Part shown: positions 1 to 9,380 of the stretch, one piece after another
How positions within the stretch are numbered: position 1 is the stretch's first letter
Layout of the letters: each line of letters starts with the position of its first letter
Origin: a virus
Strand: one strand, 5' to 3'
Virus record (IMG/VR): IMGVR_UViG_3300012003_000003
Coordinates: 7,672 to 71,671 of that record
DNA: 64,000 bases
The notes under the pieces: model-generated
Seen by the model: only the letters and a program-made list of their open reading frames with translations
Told to the model about the DNA's origin: nothing
Databases searched by the model: none
Made by a program: the position numbers and the translations under genes

Positions 1-91
1 TAGCCACATAGTCCCATCCGTGTTTAACCAATGACCTAATTAGTGGTTGGGCATATTTTAAATCGTGACAAACAGTGAGTACCTTAATCAT
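1..91 (-). CDS. N-terminus of a probable glycosyltransferase-like protein (runs off window)
   Basis: ATG at 91, MIKVLTVCHDLKYAQPLIRSLVKHGWDYVA..., directly downstream of a GT2 gene; function is inferred from context. Confidence 0.4.
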   Translation of the reverse strand, partial: MIKVLTVCHDLKYAQPLIRSLVKHGWDYVA

Positions 92-92
92 T

Positions 93-812
93 TTAATCTT
101 CGTAATAATATGGTAATTCGCCTTTTCTTATCAAGTCCATATACTGAGAGGCTTCCTGTAAATAAGTACCGGCTTCCCTACGCTTCCATTCGGTATAGGG
201 CGTTTCCTTCAAATCAAGGTTCTCAATACGGATATTCTTCATAAAAGCATTGCGAAACCCTGCCGCTTCTGACCTGACTGAAAAAATAGTGTCGTCAAAT
301 CCGTACCTAGGACTACATTGGCTCAAAAATCCCACCTTGTCCAGCAACAATGGGTTATACATAGTACAGGTCCCAAATATATCGTGGCTCCAAAGCAAAT
401 TGCCCTGCGGCATAAACTCGCCGTAAACATCATCCCTTTTCAATCCCAATATACCAATTTCAGGACGTTTTTTAATCTCATCTTCCATCTTTTCTACCCA
501 TCCAGGCGCATCCCAAGATAGGTCGTCGTCGCACTTAATACACGTTTCCCCGATGTTCCTTTGCCCAAGTGCGAGATTGATACCCCTTGCTGTTCCGATA
601 TTATACGATAGGTTCATAACGGTAATTACGTCTTTTGTTGCCAGTTCACTCAGCCATAACTTACACTCTAATGTTGATTTTTGGTTGATAATTATCAACC
701 GATGTTTGGTCAAATCAACCGTATCCATTAGCGATTTAATACACTTCTTGGCTATCTCAAATTTTTTATTTTCTTGTGTGGCATACACACACATTGCAAT
801 CATAGAACTCAT
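93..812 (-). CDS. Glycosyltransferase family 2
   Basis: GT-A features: LIIINQKS, NIGTARGINLAL, KCDDD (DxD), YGFDDTIFSVRSEAAGF. Confidence 0.8.
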   Translation of the reverse strand: MSSMIAMCVYATQENKKFEIAKKCIKSLMDTVDLTKHRLIIINQKSTLECKLWLSELATKDVITVMNLSYNIGTARGINLALGQRNIGETCIKCDDDLSWDAPGWVEKMEDEIKKRPEIGILGLKRDDVYGEFMPQGNLLWSHDIFGTCTMYNPLLLDKVGFLSQCSPRYGFDDTIFSVRSEAAGFRNAFMKNIRIENLDLKETPYTEWKRREAGTYLQEASQYMDLIRKGELPYYYED

Positions 813-1015
813 ATATCAAAAGTTATATTTAAAGCATATTGCAAGGCCCTGATCGTATGGGTAGAGGCATTATAGGCCACATTCTTCTCCAATTGGCTAA
901 TCGTAAACACTGACACCCGGCTACGCTCCCATAACTCCACCTGCGTCAATCCAGCCGCCGTCCTTGCCGCTTTCAGTTGGTCGCCTATGGTTAGTTTGAC
1001 TTTAATATCTTTCAT
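809..1015 (-). CDS. XRE-family HTH transcriptional regulator
   Basis: IGDQLKAARTAAGLTQVELWERSRVSVFTISQLEK; ATG 1015 follows a TATGTTTG promoter box. Confidence 0.85.
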   Translation of the reverse strand: MKDIKVKLTIGDQLKAARTAAGLTQVELWERSRVSVFTISQLEKNVAYNASTHTIRALQYALNITFDI

Positions 1016-1106
1016 TCCCCCAAACATAAATAGAATAATCTACATAGCAAAATATATTTACACTTTTCTATCAACGCCTCCTACCTTTACCTAAAAACAA
1101 ATCATC

Positions 1107-1412
1107 ATGGCATTAGCAGGAACTCAACAAGTACACTTAGCGGCAACACCATATGGCACCCTACCCGGAGTAGGTGGCTCACCGTTTCCGCCCTGCGGCG
1201 CAATTACCGCCGCTACACCCTTTCCACAATCACCATCACCCGTATTTACTTTGTTAACGCAAAACATCGTAGGCGGCCCATATCCTTACACACCCGGAAC
1301 GTACCTAAATGCGCTTACCGCCATAGACGTTGCTTACCAGGTTGGTCAGACCAAACAGCAAAGCACGATTTACGTGACCGAGGCGTATGCTACCGTGATT
1401 GCAGCGCTGTAA
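1107..1412 (+). CDS. Hypothetical protein (P/T/G/A-rich, possibly virion-associated)
   Basis: 101-aa ORF with an AT-rich leader and its own downstream terminator. Confidence 0.6.
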   Translation: MALAGTQQVHLAATPYGTLPGVGGSPFPPCGAITAATPFPQSPSPVFTLLTQNIVGGPYPYTPGTYLNALTAIDVAYQVGQTKQQSTIYVTEAYATVIAAL

Positions 1413-1427
1413 GGAAGCTAACAAATG

Positions 1428-1459
1428 AAAGCCCCAGTCTGATCAATGGGGGCTTTTTT
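1428..1459. terminator. Bidirectional intrinsic terminator
   Basis: AAAGCCCCA-gtcTGATCAA-TGGGGGCTTTTTT between convergent genes. Confidence 0.8.
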
Positions 1460-1805
1460 ATTCTTCCCCGATTTCCTCAAACACCTTTTCTAAGTATTCA
1501 GCGTGTTCTTTCAGCACATCTAAGTCAAGTCTGCAAAGAACATCTAAAATCCGCCACAGTTGCCCAATATATTCTTCGGCGTGGTCATCTGTTTTAACCG
1601 CAATTAAAGACCTTAGGCGACTTTTTATTTCTTTGGTATCCGTTCCTACCCTTTTGACAAAATTATTGATTGTGGGGCAGGAAAATCGGGTGTCCGTCAA
1701 GTATTGTTGGTACTCATATATCATTAACTCTGAAAGCACCGCCATTTTTTTGAGCGAATACATCACTTCCTCTGTTTTCCGTTCTGAAATTTCGTGTTTT
1801 AGCAT
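1458..1805 (-). CDS. Hypothetical protein
   Basis: 115-aa ORF overlapping the end of the methylase gene. Confidence 0.65.
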   Translation of the reverse strand: MLKHEISERKTEEVMYSLKKMAVLSELMIYEYQQYLTDTRFSCPTINNFVKRVGTDTKEIKSRLRSLIAVKTDDHAEEYIGQLWRILDVLCRLDLDVLKEHAEYLEKVFEEIGEE

Positions 1806-3316
1806 AATCTTTCAATTACTTGGTTAACCATATTTTCAGATATGCCGTTTTTAAAACCATCAGCAGCTATCGGTTCAGGGTTAAATAATCCCAGTTCCTT
1901 TGCCATGCGACGTTCGGCGATTTTCAGATACTTTTCATTTTGTTCAAAGCCTATAAAGTCGCGGCCCAACTTGCTAGCTACGATTGCTGTGGTACCTGAA
2001 CCCATAAACATATCAAGCACCACTGACTTTTTAACTCTGGTAATTAGATGCTTGCATGACGGTACCCATTCTTCACCAATCACTTCTTTATGCCAACCCG
2101 GTTTGTGACCATCTCGCATACGATTACTTCCCTGATCATTACCGTCGCTTTTTTCATCACGCTGATCATAGGCTGAATTATAGGATGCTTTAGCACCTGG
2201 CACTAATTCTGTAGCAATAACTCTGCGATATCCCTTTCCACATATCGGGCAGCAACCATATTCAGACGCGCCTGCCTTTATGCAATCAATAATTAATTTG
2301 GGTGGAAAGGTAGCAAAGTGTGCCTCTTTAAAACCAAATGTACCTACAGTCCACACAGATCTCTTATTTGCAAATCCAGTAGGTTCACTTTCTTTTCTGT
2401 CCAACCTATGTTGGACAGATGATTGACCATATATGGGTTCGGTGTGTTTGTGGTGTTCTCGTTTGAAACTTTGTGATTTTGAAATAGCACCCTGTCCTTG
2501 TTCAGTAGCCCATCCGACGCAGCTGTGATCGGCGCCGTCGGCCCAACCTTTTGGTTTTTTATATTTTGGCTTCAACATTCCGGTACCGCCAGACTGATTA
2601 CCAACAAACCCTCGCTCCACCCGTATATCCGAATATTCATCATTTTTCACACGGCTATCATTTTTTGTGCTATCAGCAATAGGACTAGCAATAGCGTATT
2701 GATCAAAATAGTATCGGTTGCTTTTGCTAAGTAAAAAAATATACTCGTGATTTTTAGTGCACCGGTCGTTACAACTTTCTGGCATACAATTGGTTTTATG
2801 CCAAATAATATCCTGACGTAAGTACCAACCATCTTCGCGCAAGGCAAACGCCAGCATCCAGGGGATACCCAACATATCTTTTGGTTTTATGCCATAAAAT
2901 ATCTTTGACGGCTGATCTTTACATGCTATCTGCCCATTTTTTGATCCTTTTAAATTTGATTTACGGCATGCTTGTTCTGATGTACGTTTTTTACCTGTAG
3001 CAGAATAACTATCGCCAATATTAACCCAGCAAGTACCGTCATCGGTTAATGTTTCACGTACCAACCGGTAGATATAAACCATGTGCCCTATAAATTCCTG
3101 TGGCGTTTTTTCAAGTCCCAAACAAACCGCTTGCGCCTTAATTTTTATCTTAAAGCCAAATAATGAATATTCAACTGAAGGAAAGCTTGTCGGTTCAATG
3201 CCATAATCCCTGAGCGCGTAGTATGGCGGGGATGACACGCAAGTATTAACCGATTTTGGTTTCATTAATTTCAAACCATCAATACAGTTCATTAAGTGAA
3301 TTTTGTTTATATCCAT
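1799..3316 (-). CDS. DNA N6-adenine/N4-cytosine methyltransferase (beta class)
   Basis: SPPYY catalytic motif, GWYLRQDIIWHK, HFATFP, VLDMFMGSGTT SAM-binding motif. Confidence 0.92.
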   Translation of the reverse strand: MDINKIHLMNCIDGLKLMKPKSVNTCVSSPPYYALRDYGIEPTSFPSVEYSLFGFKIKIKAQAVCLGLEKTPQEFIGHMVYIYRLVRETLTDDGTCWVNIGDSYSATGKKRTSEQACRKSNLKGSKNGQIACKDQPSKIFYGIKPKDMLGIPWMLAFALREDGWYLRQDIIWHKTNCMPESCNDRCTKNHEYIFLLSKSNRYYFDQYAIASPIADSTKNDSRVKNDEYSDIRVERGFVGNQSGGTGMLKPKYKKPKGWADGADHSCVGWATEQGQGAISKSQSFKREHHKHTEPIYGQSSVQHRLDRKESEPTGFANKRSVWTVGTFGFKEAHFATFPPKLIIDCIKAGASEYGCCPICGKGYRRVIATELVPGAKASYNSAYDQRDEKSDGNDQGSNRMRDGHKPGWHKEVIGEEWVPSCKHLITRVKKSVVLDMFMGSGTTAIVASKLGRDFIGFEQNEKYLKIAERRMAKELGLFNPEPIAADGFKNGISENMVNQVIERLC

Positions 3317-3395
3317 AATTTTTAAAGGTTAAAAAGGTACATCGTCACTTTCATCGGGTTCAAATGGTAATACATTAAACCCAAGTGATGCCTGT

Positions 3396-3800
3396 TCAAA
3401 AAGTTTCGGCTTTAATTACATTTTCGATTTGGCTTTTAAGTTCTTCATTTTCAATTTTTAATAATTTCATACTAGCATTAAGTTCTCTATTTGCCAATTG
3501 TAGTGTGTTTATGTCACCAGTAAGCGTGTTTAAAGACATAACACACAGATATAGTTCTTTAAGCCTTTTAGCTGATTTAAGAGCCTTATCTGAATTACCC
3601 TTAGATTTTATGTGATCAGCCAACTCAATCTGCATCTGTAAAACGATTTGAACAGCCTGCATACTTTTTACAGCCGGTGTTAAACTATCAATAAGTTCGT
3701 TAGCCATCATATCCAGTTCGATATCGTAAAACTTCATCAAGTTTTCAACGGCTAATTTACCAGGCGATGTAAACTGTTGGTTATTTTTAAAGTTACCCAT
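3396..3800 (-). CDS. Hypothetical coiled-coil protein; possible +1 frameshift extension to 3329 ending ...DESDDVPF
   Basis: 134-aa ORF after the helicase; ends TTT TGA. Confidence 0.65.
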   Translation of the reverse strand: MGNFKNNQQFTSPGKLAVENLMKFYDIELDMMANELIDSLTPAVKSMQAVQIVLQMQIELADHIKSKGNSDKALKSAKRLKELYLCVMSLNTLTGDINTLQLANRELNASMKLLKIENEELKSQIENVIKAETF

Positions 3801-3802
3801 GG

Positions 3803-4834
3803 TTAAAATTCAAATTCTCTTTCTTCTGGTTCATATCTTACTTGTGCCATAAATGCCTGATGGTTAATAGTTCCATCGGCTATTTTTTGTTGGTTTTCTG
3901 GTTTACAATGTTCAAAAGCGTAAAAATTATTATCACCTATCTTTTCATAATACCTATTGGTTTTCCAATCGAAATAAAGATGAGCACTGCCTTTTCTACC
4001 AGATCCCTTCGGCTTAGATTTCAAACTTAATATCAACGCCTCGTTATTACAGAATGGTATTCCGCGCTTGGGGTCAATAGCGCCTTCCTCTGCCCTCCAA
4101 ATACCCAACACATTAAATCCACGTCTACTCCATACCTGTCCACCTGCAAAGCTTTGTAGTGTGGGAATTGCGGTACAGGTTATTTTACCACCATCTACGC
4201 TTTTAAGTTCCATCGGGGGCATTTCCTTAGCATGGGTAACCACAAAGTTGTGTCGCTTATTTTTCTTAGCATCCTGCCTTACTCGTTTAAGCGCCCATGC
4301 TAAATATTTATCTTCCCTGCCACCAAAATCTGATAGGTTTTCTGTAAGATCGTTCCACGGATCAATAGATGTTGTGTTTAGCCTAATTCTGTGATCCTTC
4401 TCCAACTTCTCACAATCTTCAAAGAATGTGTTTATATCATAATCTTGCTCATCATTATCCATTGGGTAGAATGATTGTGATAGGTCGGCAATGGCATTAT
4501 AAATTTCCATTTCTGTTGGGGCGAAAGGATTGCTTGCAAAGAAAGGCCGTCTAAGGTGTTTAGATACTAATTCTGCAATAACATCTTCTATACCCCCGAT
4601 CTCCGGTGATAGGATGGCATGTTTCCATCCAGATCCAACGGTAGTATTAAAAAGTATTTCAAGGTGAAGTTCTGTTTTACCGGCCCCAGGGAAACCAAGT
4701 ATATAGGTTGAGTATCCAGTCTTTAGACTAAAAATATCATCAAGGCATTTAAATCCGACAGGTATTCCCTTTTCGGTTCCAGTTTGGTGGTGTTTAATAA
4801 CCTGTTCTGAATAGTCGGTAAGTTTTTTTATCAT
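3803..4834 (-). CDS. DnaB/Twinkle-like SF4 replicative helicase
   Basis: GIPVGFKCLDD, Walker A GFPGAGKT, IDPWND, FVVTHAK. Confidence 0.85.
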   Translation of the reverse strand: MIKKLTDYSEQVIKHHQTGTEKGIPVGFKCLDDIFSLKTGYSTYILGFPGAGKTELHLEILFNTTVGSGWKHAILSPEIGGIEDVIAELVSKHLRRPFFASNPFAPTEMEIYNAIADLSQSFYPMDNDEQDYDINTFFEDCEKLEKDHRIRLNTTSIDPWNDLTENLSDFGGREDKYLAWALKRVRQDAKKNKRHNFVVTHAKEMPPMELKSVDGGKITCTAIPTLQSFAGGQVWSRRGFNVLGIWRAEEGAIDPKRGIPFCNNEALILSLKSKPKGSGRKGSAHLYFDWKTNRYYEKIGDNNFYAFEHCKPENQQKIADGTINHQAFMAQVRYEPEEREFEF

Positions 4835-4836
4835 GG

Positions 4837-5538
4837 TTAGTACAGGTTTTGATTTTGGCTTTGGTCAATAGCGTGTTTACCGTTTACAATGGTTTTAGTA
4901 ACCGTTATCTCATCATTCCACCTTTCCTGATTTAAAAATGTCATGGGGAATGGTTGATATTGAATGTCCGAAAATTGATCTTTCCATATTGGTAATACCT
5001 CTATTATTTTTTCTCTGGTCTTATCTGACAACTTGTGCCATTTTTTTGTACAGGCATTTCTATCACCTTTTTTCTTACCATACAAATTCCAAAAAATTTC
5101 AAAATCGACATTAATTATATTATTACTTACTTCTTTTATTATACTATCATTGCTTTGTACCGTGCCTATGCAGTGCTTTGTCAAATTTTGATAAGGCATT
5201 ATACACGTTTCGTCAAGTGCCATATCAAGTGCTTTGTCAAATTTTGATAGGGCAATTATACACGCGGTGTATTGGTTTTTACTTTCGGTTATTAGTGATA
5301 TAAATTCAAGTTCAACCAATTCTGTAAATATTTTTTTATAGGTATTATAAGATTTAAGACCAATGGCCGCCATTGTTTGGGAAGCCGGAGATGCGAACTT
5401 TTCACTCCAACCCATCCTGTTATTCAACTCTACAAACCACAAATACATTGCGGTATGTCCGGGTGAAATAAGGTCGGGATTTTCAAAAGCGAAATCAAAC
5501 CAAATTTTTTGATAGTAATAACCGTTTTCCTTAGCCAT
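4837..5538 (-). CDS. Phage replication initiator protein
   Basis: N-terminal wHTH-like region (AMYLWFVELNNRMGW) and C-terminal FEIFWNLYGKKKG...PMTFLNQERWNDE; lies upstream of the helicase. Confidence 0.8.
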   Translation of the reverse strand: MAKENGYYYQKIWFDFAFENPDLISPGHTAMYLWFVELNNRMGWSEKFASPASQTMAAIGLKSYNTYKKIFTELVELEFISLITESKNQYTACIIALSKFDKALDMALDETCIMPYQNLTKHCIGTVQSNDSIIKEVSNNIINVDFEIFWNLYGKKKGDRNACTKKWHKLSDKTREKIIEVLPIWKDQFSDIQYQPFPMTFLNQERWNDEITVTKTIVNGKHAIDQSQNQNLY

Positions 5539-5591
5539 TGATAGAGTAAATATTGAAGTTTAAAACAGATTTAAGCCAAAAAAATAGGCTA

Positions 5592-5738
5592 CTATGCTAC
5601 CTTAACAAATTTTACTTTATCAATCTCAACAATCTTAATTGTTCCTTTTTTAGCCAACTCGTAAACGTGGGTGGTACTCTTTCTAATCTGATCGGCATAG
5701 GTCTTTACGCGGATTAGGTCTGTTCTTATTTCGTTCAT
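5592..5738 (-). CDS. Small DNA-binding (excisionase/Cro-like) protein
   Basis: Manual translation MNEIRTDLIRVKTYADQIRKSTTHVYELAKKGTIKIVEIDKVKFVKVA; ends in tandem TAG TAG. Confidence 0.6.
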   Translation of the reverse strand: MNEIRTDLIRVKTYADQIRKSTTHVYELAKKGTIKIVEIDKVKFVKVA

Positions 5739-5884
5739 GGTGTAAATATATTTATTACTTTCAAACTTCAAAATTTTATTTTAAAAAAATGTGCATGGGT
5801 ACCAAGCCATGCACATAAAGCGCCAAATACAACAACATTAACCTTTGACATTCATTGTAGATGGAACAAATATAGTTATTCTTT

Positions 5885-6598
5885 TTATTCCTGCAAATCC
5901 TCATCATCAGGGAACGCGGTCTCATCTGCCGGTTCAAGGCGCATACCGTGCATAGGGTGTAAATTATCCTTCGGCGTTGGTTTCTCTTTTGTCTTACCAA
6001 CCTTCTTATCAATGATTATATTGTCAACCGGGTCGAACAAATTGTCTTTTAATGAGCGTGGCTTAATATCGGTTAAGTTTCCATCAGCATCCCGATACAT
6101 ACCGTTCTCATCAGGTTGCTGCTCCGCGTACTCGCCAACGGCGTTGTTCGTTTCAATCTGCTGATGGCGGGCAATATCTTCCATGCGCAACCTTTCTTCT
6201 TCAGCATCAAAGTCTAACTTCTTTTGGAAGTCAGATGGATGAAAACTTTCATCCTTTAGGTAGTCACCAGTCTGCTTATCGAAGTAAACCCGGCGCTGCT
6301 TATCGAAGTCCCGGTAAAGCACCGTGGCCTTGTCAATGTAGGTAAAGCCATGGTTGATATTCGATGCGTGTAGGTTAATCTCACCCTATAGGGTATCGAT
6401 CTTGTTTTTAAAGACCGACATGGCCACTTTTTTGTTGTTTTCCTCCTGCTGCTTGTCGCTTACGCATTGGGCCAGCATATCAGCCTCTTGTTTTAGTTCA
6501 GCCTCGTTAAACTCGTGCTTAACGTTAAGGATAACCATGTCGGCCATCTTATCGAGGTTGTCATGATCCCCGATGTTCGTGTACTTTTGTTCTGTCAT
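5885..6598 (-). CDS. Hypothetical phage protein interrupted by an in-frame TAG (6386-6388)
   Basis: ORFs 6386..6598 and 5885..6322 are in one frame, joined by *GEINLHASNINHGFTYIDKATV. Confidence 0.7.
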
Positions 6599-6609
6599 GT
6601 TGTTTTTAT

Positions 6610-7074
6610 TTATTTGGTTTTAAAATTTAATTCAGTGTAATCGCCAGGCAGTGGTAATATCATGTTTAAAAAATCTAATGCCCATTGCCTAATTTCTTCT
6701 GTAAACGCCATCATTTCAACGGTGGATAGTTCTGTAGTGCTTTTATATCGCTTCAAAACTTCACCAGACGACTTGTCAGCCATTATCTCCCCGTTCCTGT
6801 CCAATATATCCTCCGACAAGAATTTATGCCTAAGCACCTCCTTTACGTCATCAGCACCCATTCCAGTTTCATCAGCAATAGCATTTATATACCAGTGTAA
6901 TACAGCATTTTGTTTCAATGACCTCGGTTTGCGCCGGGTAGCAACTGTTACGGTTACCTTAGCGCCGTCGCTAAACATCGCTTTAAGGTCACGGTAGCAG
7001 TATGCCTCATTGTTAAAATTAATGGTAGCATCGGCTCCGATGTGGACTATTTGGGCATCGTACTTGACTATCAT
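6610..7074 (-). CDS. NinB/YbcN-like recombination protein
   Basis: RSLKQNAVLHWYINAIA...KSTTELSTVEMMAFTEEIRQWA. Confidence 0.7.
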   Translation of the reverse strand: MIVKYDAQIVHIGADATINFNNEAYCYRDLKAMFSDGAKVTVTVATRRKPRSLKQNAVLHWYINAIADETGMGADDVKEVLRHKFLSEDILDRNGEIMADKSSGEVLKRYKSTTELSTVEMMAFTEEIRQWALDFLNMILPLPGDYTELNFKTK

Positions 7075-7238
7075 TTTTTACTTCTTTTCCATTTTTGATA
7101 TTCTTCCTAGGTCATTACCTTTACTGTGCCGGTGGAGATTAACCGTAAAGTGTTTTCAGACACTTTAAACCCGTTTAGTTTGTTTACCCTATAGTTGATT
7201 ATATGTGAAAATTCTTCGTCATTAAGGGTTACCTCCAT
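7071..7238 (-). CDS. Small hypothetical protein with in-frame TAG at 7107-7109
   Basis: MEVTLN...VKVMT*EEYQKWKRSKK; the final TGA overlaps the next ATG (ATGA). Confidence 0.6.
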
Positions 7239-7245
7239 CTTACAC

Positions 7246-7491
7246 CTACTCTGCTTCAATGCCTAAAACGGATAGGAGGGTTAAAAGCCTACCGTAGTGA
7301 GTATATTTGTCATTAATAAATAACTTCCTACAAGTTTTATCTTTTATAAATTCAGCGTACAAATGACATTCGTTTAGATAATTATCGTGATACAGTTTTA
7401 CTTCATCCTTATGGGCCAGCACCCAAGCCCATTGTTGCTCAGGGGTAGTTAGCGAGTTATACTCCGCTTCCAGTTTTTCGTATTTAGTCAT
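7246..7491 (-). CDS. Hypothetical protein (TAG stop followed by GTG TAA)
   Basis: ATG overlaps the upstream TGA; MTKYEKLEAEY... Confidence 0.65.
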   Translation of the reverse strand: MTKYEKLEAEYNSLTTPEQQWAWVLAHKDEVKLYHDNYLNECHLYAEFIKDKTCRKLFINDKYTHYGRLLTLLSVLGIEAE

Positions 7492-7688
7492 GCCGACATC
7501 TCCTCTTTGGTTGAAAAGCAAAATTTTTCATTGACGGCTTCTGAACATCCTGAAATATTGTACCTGATTTGAATATCACTATCATTAAAAACAAATACTT
7601 GAAGGTTAATAATTTCACCACTTACCGGCCCATCATACTTCATAATCCAAACGGCATCGCCTATATTAAATTTAGTTTCTACTTTCAT
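7488..7688 (-). CDS. Hypothetical phage protein
   Basis: MKVETKFNIGDAVW...FSTKEE, a common small phage protein pattern. Confidence 0.7.
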   Translation of the reverse strand: MKVETKFNIGDAVWIMKYDGPVSGEIINLQVFVFNDSDIQIRYNISGCSEAVNEKFCFSTKEEMSA

Positions 7689-7834
7689 CTTTTGGTTTTT
7701 TATTTAGCGTTTTAGTTGTTTAAAATATCAAATTATTTATGTCGGGATTGGGAATCACCCTATTGGTCCTCCGTTGTAAAAAAGCTCGCTGATAATTTTA
7801 TTCCGCGCTTCAATGTACGCTATCATGTATGTAC

Positions 7835-8332
7835 TCATGGTTTTGTTTTTGGTGGATCCCACCGTAATTTATCTTTAAATTTATTTATTCTGCTGCCCTT
7901 AAAGAAGAAGTGTGGATTGATCCATAATAAGTCGGTTATTAATCCATGCTTTGAAACATAACCACCAGTTGCCAGGTGCCCTATGGCATCTTTAAACGTA
8001 TTAATTGCGGTTATACACATGGTATCCATATATTTAACCCTGTCTATCCAAATCCAGTCCTTGCCGGATACTATATTATGCAATATGTGTAGGTAAAGCT
8101 CTTTGCTCCTAATAGGCAATTTATCTACCGGTGTGGCCCTTTCGGGAAGCGGTGCATCATATAATTTTGTAAAAGGTGTCTTTTCTAAAATGGTTTCAAG
8201 AACATCCTGATTACCGAATTTATTTATAATATGCTTGTGCTTCTTATTTATCCAAACTTCTAAATTCTGCTCAAATGGATTAGGCCCAAGTTTATCTTCC
8301 TCAATAACTGGTATTACCCTCGTTCTTCCCAT
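7835..8332 (-). CDS. RepL-like winged-helix protein
   Basis: C-terminal LWINPHFFFKGSR motif resembling the RepL family. Confidence 0.55.
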   Translation of the reverse strand: MGRTRVIPVIEEDKLGPNPFEQNLEVWINKKHKHIINKFGNQDVLETILEKTPFTKLYDAPLPERATPVDKLPIRSKELYLHILHNIVSGKDWIWIDRVKYMDTMCITAINTFKDAIGHLATGGYVSKHGLITDLLWINPHFFFKGSRINKFKDKLRWDPPKTKP

Positions 8333-9238
8333 AAATCAAATATAAGTAATATATTTTATATCGTCAACACAATGACGATAATTATTGTTTTTATCTGTCA
8401 CCATTTTGACGATATAGGTGTTTTACCGTCATTCCATTGATTCTCAAAAGTGTTATAACTTACTTATTAACAATAACTTATAACATAATTAATTTTGACA
8501 GTATATAATAACAAGTTTAAAAAACCATTTAAGGTAATAAACCATACCAATATCCCACATCCACAACTACCCATTAATTTAACCAGGGAATAAAAAAAAT
8601 AATTTAAAATTTTATACCCCATTAAATAAGTATCGGGTTTATAACCAATAAAAAAGTTTTATACCCCTATAAATTAGGTATTACCCCCTGTGTTCCCACT
8701 TACCCCGCCCCCCGCAATGGATTAAAACCAGGCAGACCGGGGTACCCTCATAAACATTTTGTAAATCTTTAAACACTGCTAAAACCATCGCTGGTCAACA
8801 ATCATCACCATATCCTTGCTTCGCCGTTACGCCGCTAACGGATATTAAGAGGTTAACAAGCATCGTTCATTGCTTGACTTGTTAACGCAAATGGATAGTA
8901 GAGTAGCAGGTAGGTAACAAGCCAATAAAACCATATGCTTAGTGTACTGAATATGCCAAATGGCATACTTTTGTAGAGGTTTAAATGTGTGGTAATTACC
9001 CTGTATACGACGATAAAAACCGCAAACAATTATAAAATAGATAACAGGATTTGAGTAGTTTATAACAAAAAGTGGTAGTGTCTTAGTTTGAAATATAATT
9101 AGTATAACAAAAAGTAATAGTGATGGATGGTAGTTTATACTTGATACTTATTAATAAAGTTATAGTGTGATATATGTGATATATGTGTTGTATGTTTGTA
9201 TTGTCAATCAGGGAGGTTGACGCGCTAAATGTACCAAC
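8333..9238. promoter_or_regulatory. Divergent control region (possible origin or packaging terminus)
   Basis: ~900 bp without ORFs; -7 boxes TATATTTG (minus, 8337-8344) and TATGTTTG (plus, 9191-9198); short direct repeats. Confidence 0.55.
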
Positions 9239-9376
9239 ATGAAAAAACTACAATCTAATCTTCAGAACGGCAATGTTAAAACTCAAAACATTGTATTTAT
9301 TGTCGGCTTTATTGCTTTGATAATAATAGTATCAGCGTTACAATTAACCGGGTTTATACACATTAAATTTAACTAA
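9239..9376 (+). CDS. Small membrane protein
   Basis: 45 aa with one hydrophobic helix (IVFIVGFIALIIIVSAL). Confidence 0.5.
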   Translation: MKKLQSNLQNGNVKTQNIVFIVGFIALIIIVSALQLTGFIHIKFN

Positions 9377-9380
9377 GGCC

